This document shows, one piece after another, positions 21,746-23,165 of a stretch of DNA of 23,165 bases. The notes below the pieces were generated by a model. It did no database searches. It was not told the DNA's origin and saw only the letters and a program-made list of their open reading frames with translations. The stretch's first letter is position 1. Each line of letters begins with the position of its first letter. Position numbers and translations under genes: made by a program. The stretch is taken from positions 1 through 23,165 of the forward strand of contig NW_021836122.1 of the NCBI RefSeq assembly GCF_006345805.1, read 5' to 3'. The DNA is from Octopus sinensis. Its lineage: Eukaryota.

Positions 21746-21963
21746 GTTAATAGATGTACACACTTGGGTGTACGCTTCGACAGTTCAACCAACAAATCAA
21801 CTCAACCACATATTTACAGACACCGGGAGCTCTCTTAACTCAAAAGGTCTTGTCACTTTGTTAGTGACAGGCTTTGATTCTCTTAAGAACTTAAAACTAA
21901 AAGAAAAATCATACATACATACATACATGCATATATATATATATGTATATACGCGTGTGGTGG

Positions 21964-22024
<61 letters not shown>

Positions 22025-22029
22025 GTATT

Positions 22030-22320
22030 TTATTTTTAATACGTTTTTACGTATATTTTTGTATTCATATTCGTGTAACATCGTCCGTTTTTCCGTCCTT
22101 GTTTTTGTATACATTCGAAACTTTCTTCCAAGGAATCTAACGCGCTTAACTTAGTTTTTCTTTGGGGCTGGCCAGATTGGAGTAATCTCAAGATTAATCA
22201 GCCGAAATTGCGAGGATGATCCGGTTCTTGACTGAAGATTGAAGGCTTCGAATGTCCCATCCGTGTTTTTTTTGTGTCGTCATCAAAATGTTTTGCGTTC
22301 TTGTCCCAGTTTGTATTTTT
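22030..22320 (+). repeat. Dispersed repeat homologous to 7225-7520
   Basis: See the alignment under 7225-7520; flanked by TA-rich runs. Confidence 0.75.
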
Positions 22321-22384
22321 TATACATATATATATAGCGGCGTACGTACCCTCTTATTTATATATATATATATATATACGTACA

Positions 22385-22470
22385 CACACACATGTGTCTG
22401 TGTGTAAACGACAGGCTTCTTACAGTTTCTGTCTGCCAAGTCCACTCAAAGCTTTGAACAAGACTGAAGC
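22385..22470 (-). mobile_element. Internal fragment of the main SINE
   Basis: acgacaggcttcttacagtttctgtctgccaagtccactca is the reverse complement of tgagtggatttggtagacggaaactgaaagaagcctgtcgt with mismatches. Confidence 0.8.
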
Positions 22471-22522
22471 GAGCTTCTTTACCCGAAGTTTCCAGCTACC
22501 AATATACATGAAACAGCAAGAT

Positions 22523-22559
<37 letters not shown>

Positions 22560-22687
22560 ATAACTGTCAATACTGTCATGAAATTTATAGCGCTTCAGAA
22601 ACAATGCATTGTGTTTATCTTCCGCAACGTAGCCATTTGGCAAATGAAGAATAAGATAAACACATAAACACTAGAATTTGATTAAAG

Positions 22688-22765
22688 AAGAATAAGTCCC
22701 GGGGTTGATAAGATCAACAAGATTAAGCTTGGCTGCGGTCCAGTGATTGAAACGAGTGAGACAGT
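22688..22765 (+). mobile_element. SINE 3' fragment, internally deleted
   Basis: gaataagtcccggggttgat followed by tggctgcggtccagtgattgaaacgagt. Confidence 0.65.
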
Positions 22766-23165
22766 GTTTGTGTGATATATATTTAACTTTCGGAATGTCT
22801 CGCTATTATTTTGACGAAAGAAAAGGCGGCAAAAAAGCGTCCCTGATGTAACATACTTCATAAACGGTATATGGGAGGGTTTTTTTTTTACTGCAATACT
22901 GACTGGTCCCATTATACTTAATTAGTTTAATGATAATGCTGCAAATCATTAAGGGCCCTCGATATTTGCTGAGGAAACGATTTGTTTGTGTGTGTGTGTG
23001 TGGTTATGTAGCGGTTAATGCATAGTGTTTGCACGTGGAATGTATGTGTGTGTGTGTGTGTGTAAGTTCGTAGAGGTGAGCTACGGAACATTGACGTTTC
23101 CATACAGCATACATATGTATAGAACCGCCTAATCTTAAAACAATAAGCGTCAGGTACGGGAACAG

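Overview
This is AT-rich, microsatellite-saturated eukaryotic DNA with no recognisable host protein-coding gene. The tRNA-derived SINE family, the (TA)n/(TATG)n/(CA)n/(CTA)n load and the retroelement mix point to a coleoid cephalopod, most likely Octopus (inference from recall, not from a search). The window is a mosaic of mobile elements: a 5'-truncated CR1-clade LINE (~308-2345, minus); an internally deleted mariner (~5520-6446); a Naiad-like Penelope-like element (PLE; ~7971-10078, minus); a Neptune-like PLE (~17443-20328, minus) with related terminal repeats; an R4/Dong-like LINE remnant with a restriction-like endonuclease (RLE; ~20915-21745); and many SINE copies. Most of the ORF track is translated microsatellite. 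Four observations stand out. (1) A ~152-codon Asn/Ser-rich insertion splits the two signature motifs of the Naiad-like GIY-YIG nuclease. (2) A compact structured element at 15067-15158 carries all hammerhead catalytic-core nucleotides, but in a non-canonical strand order. (3) There is a type I hammerhead candidate at 20632-20722 and three minimal hammerhead-like motifs in the PLE terminal repeats. (4) Fold-back inverted duplications recur at (TA)n tracts. All alignments and folds were done by eye, and element boundaries are approximate.
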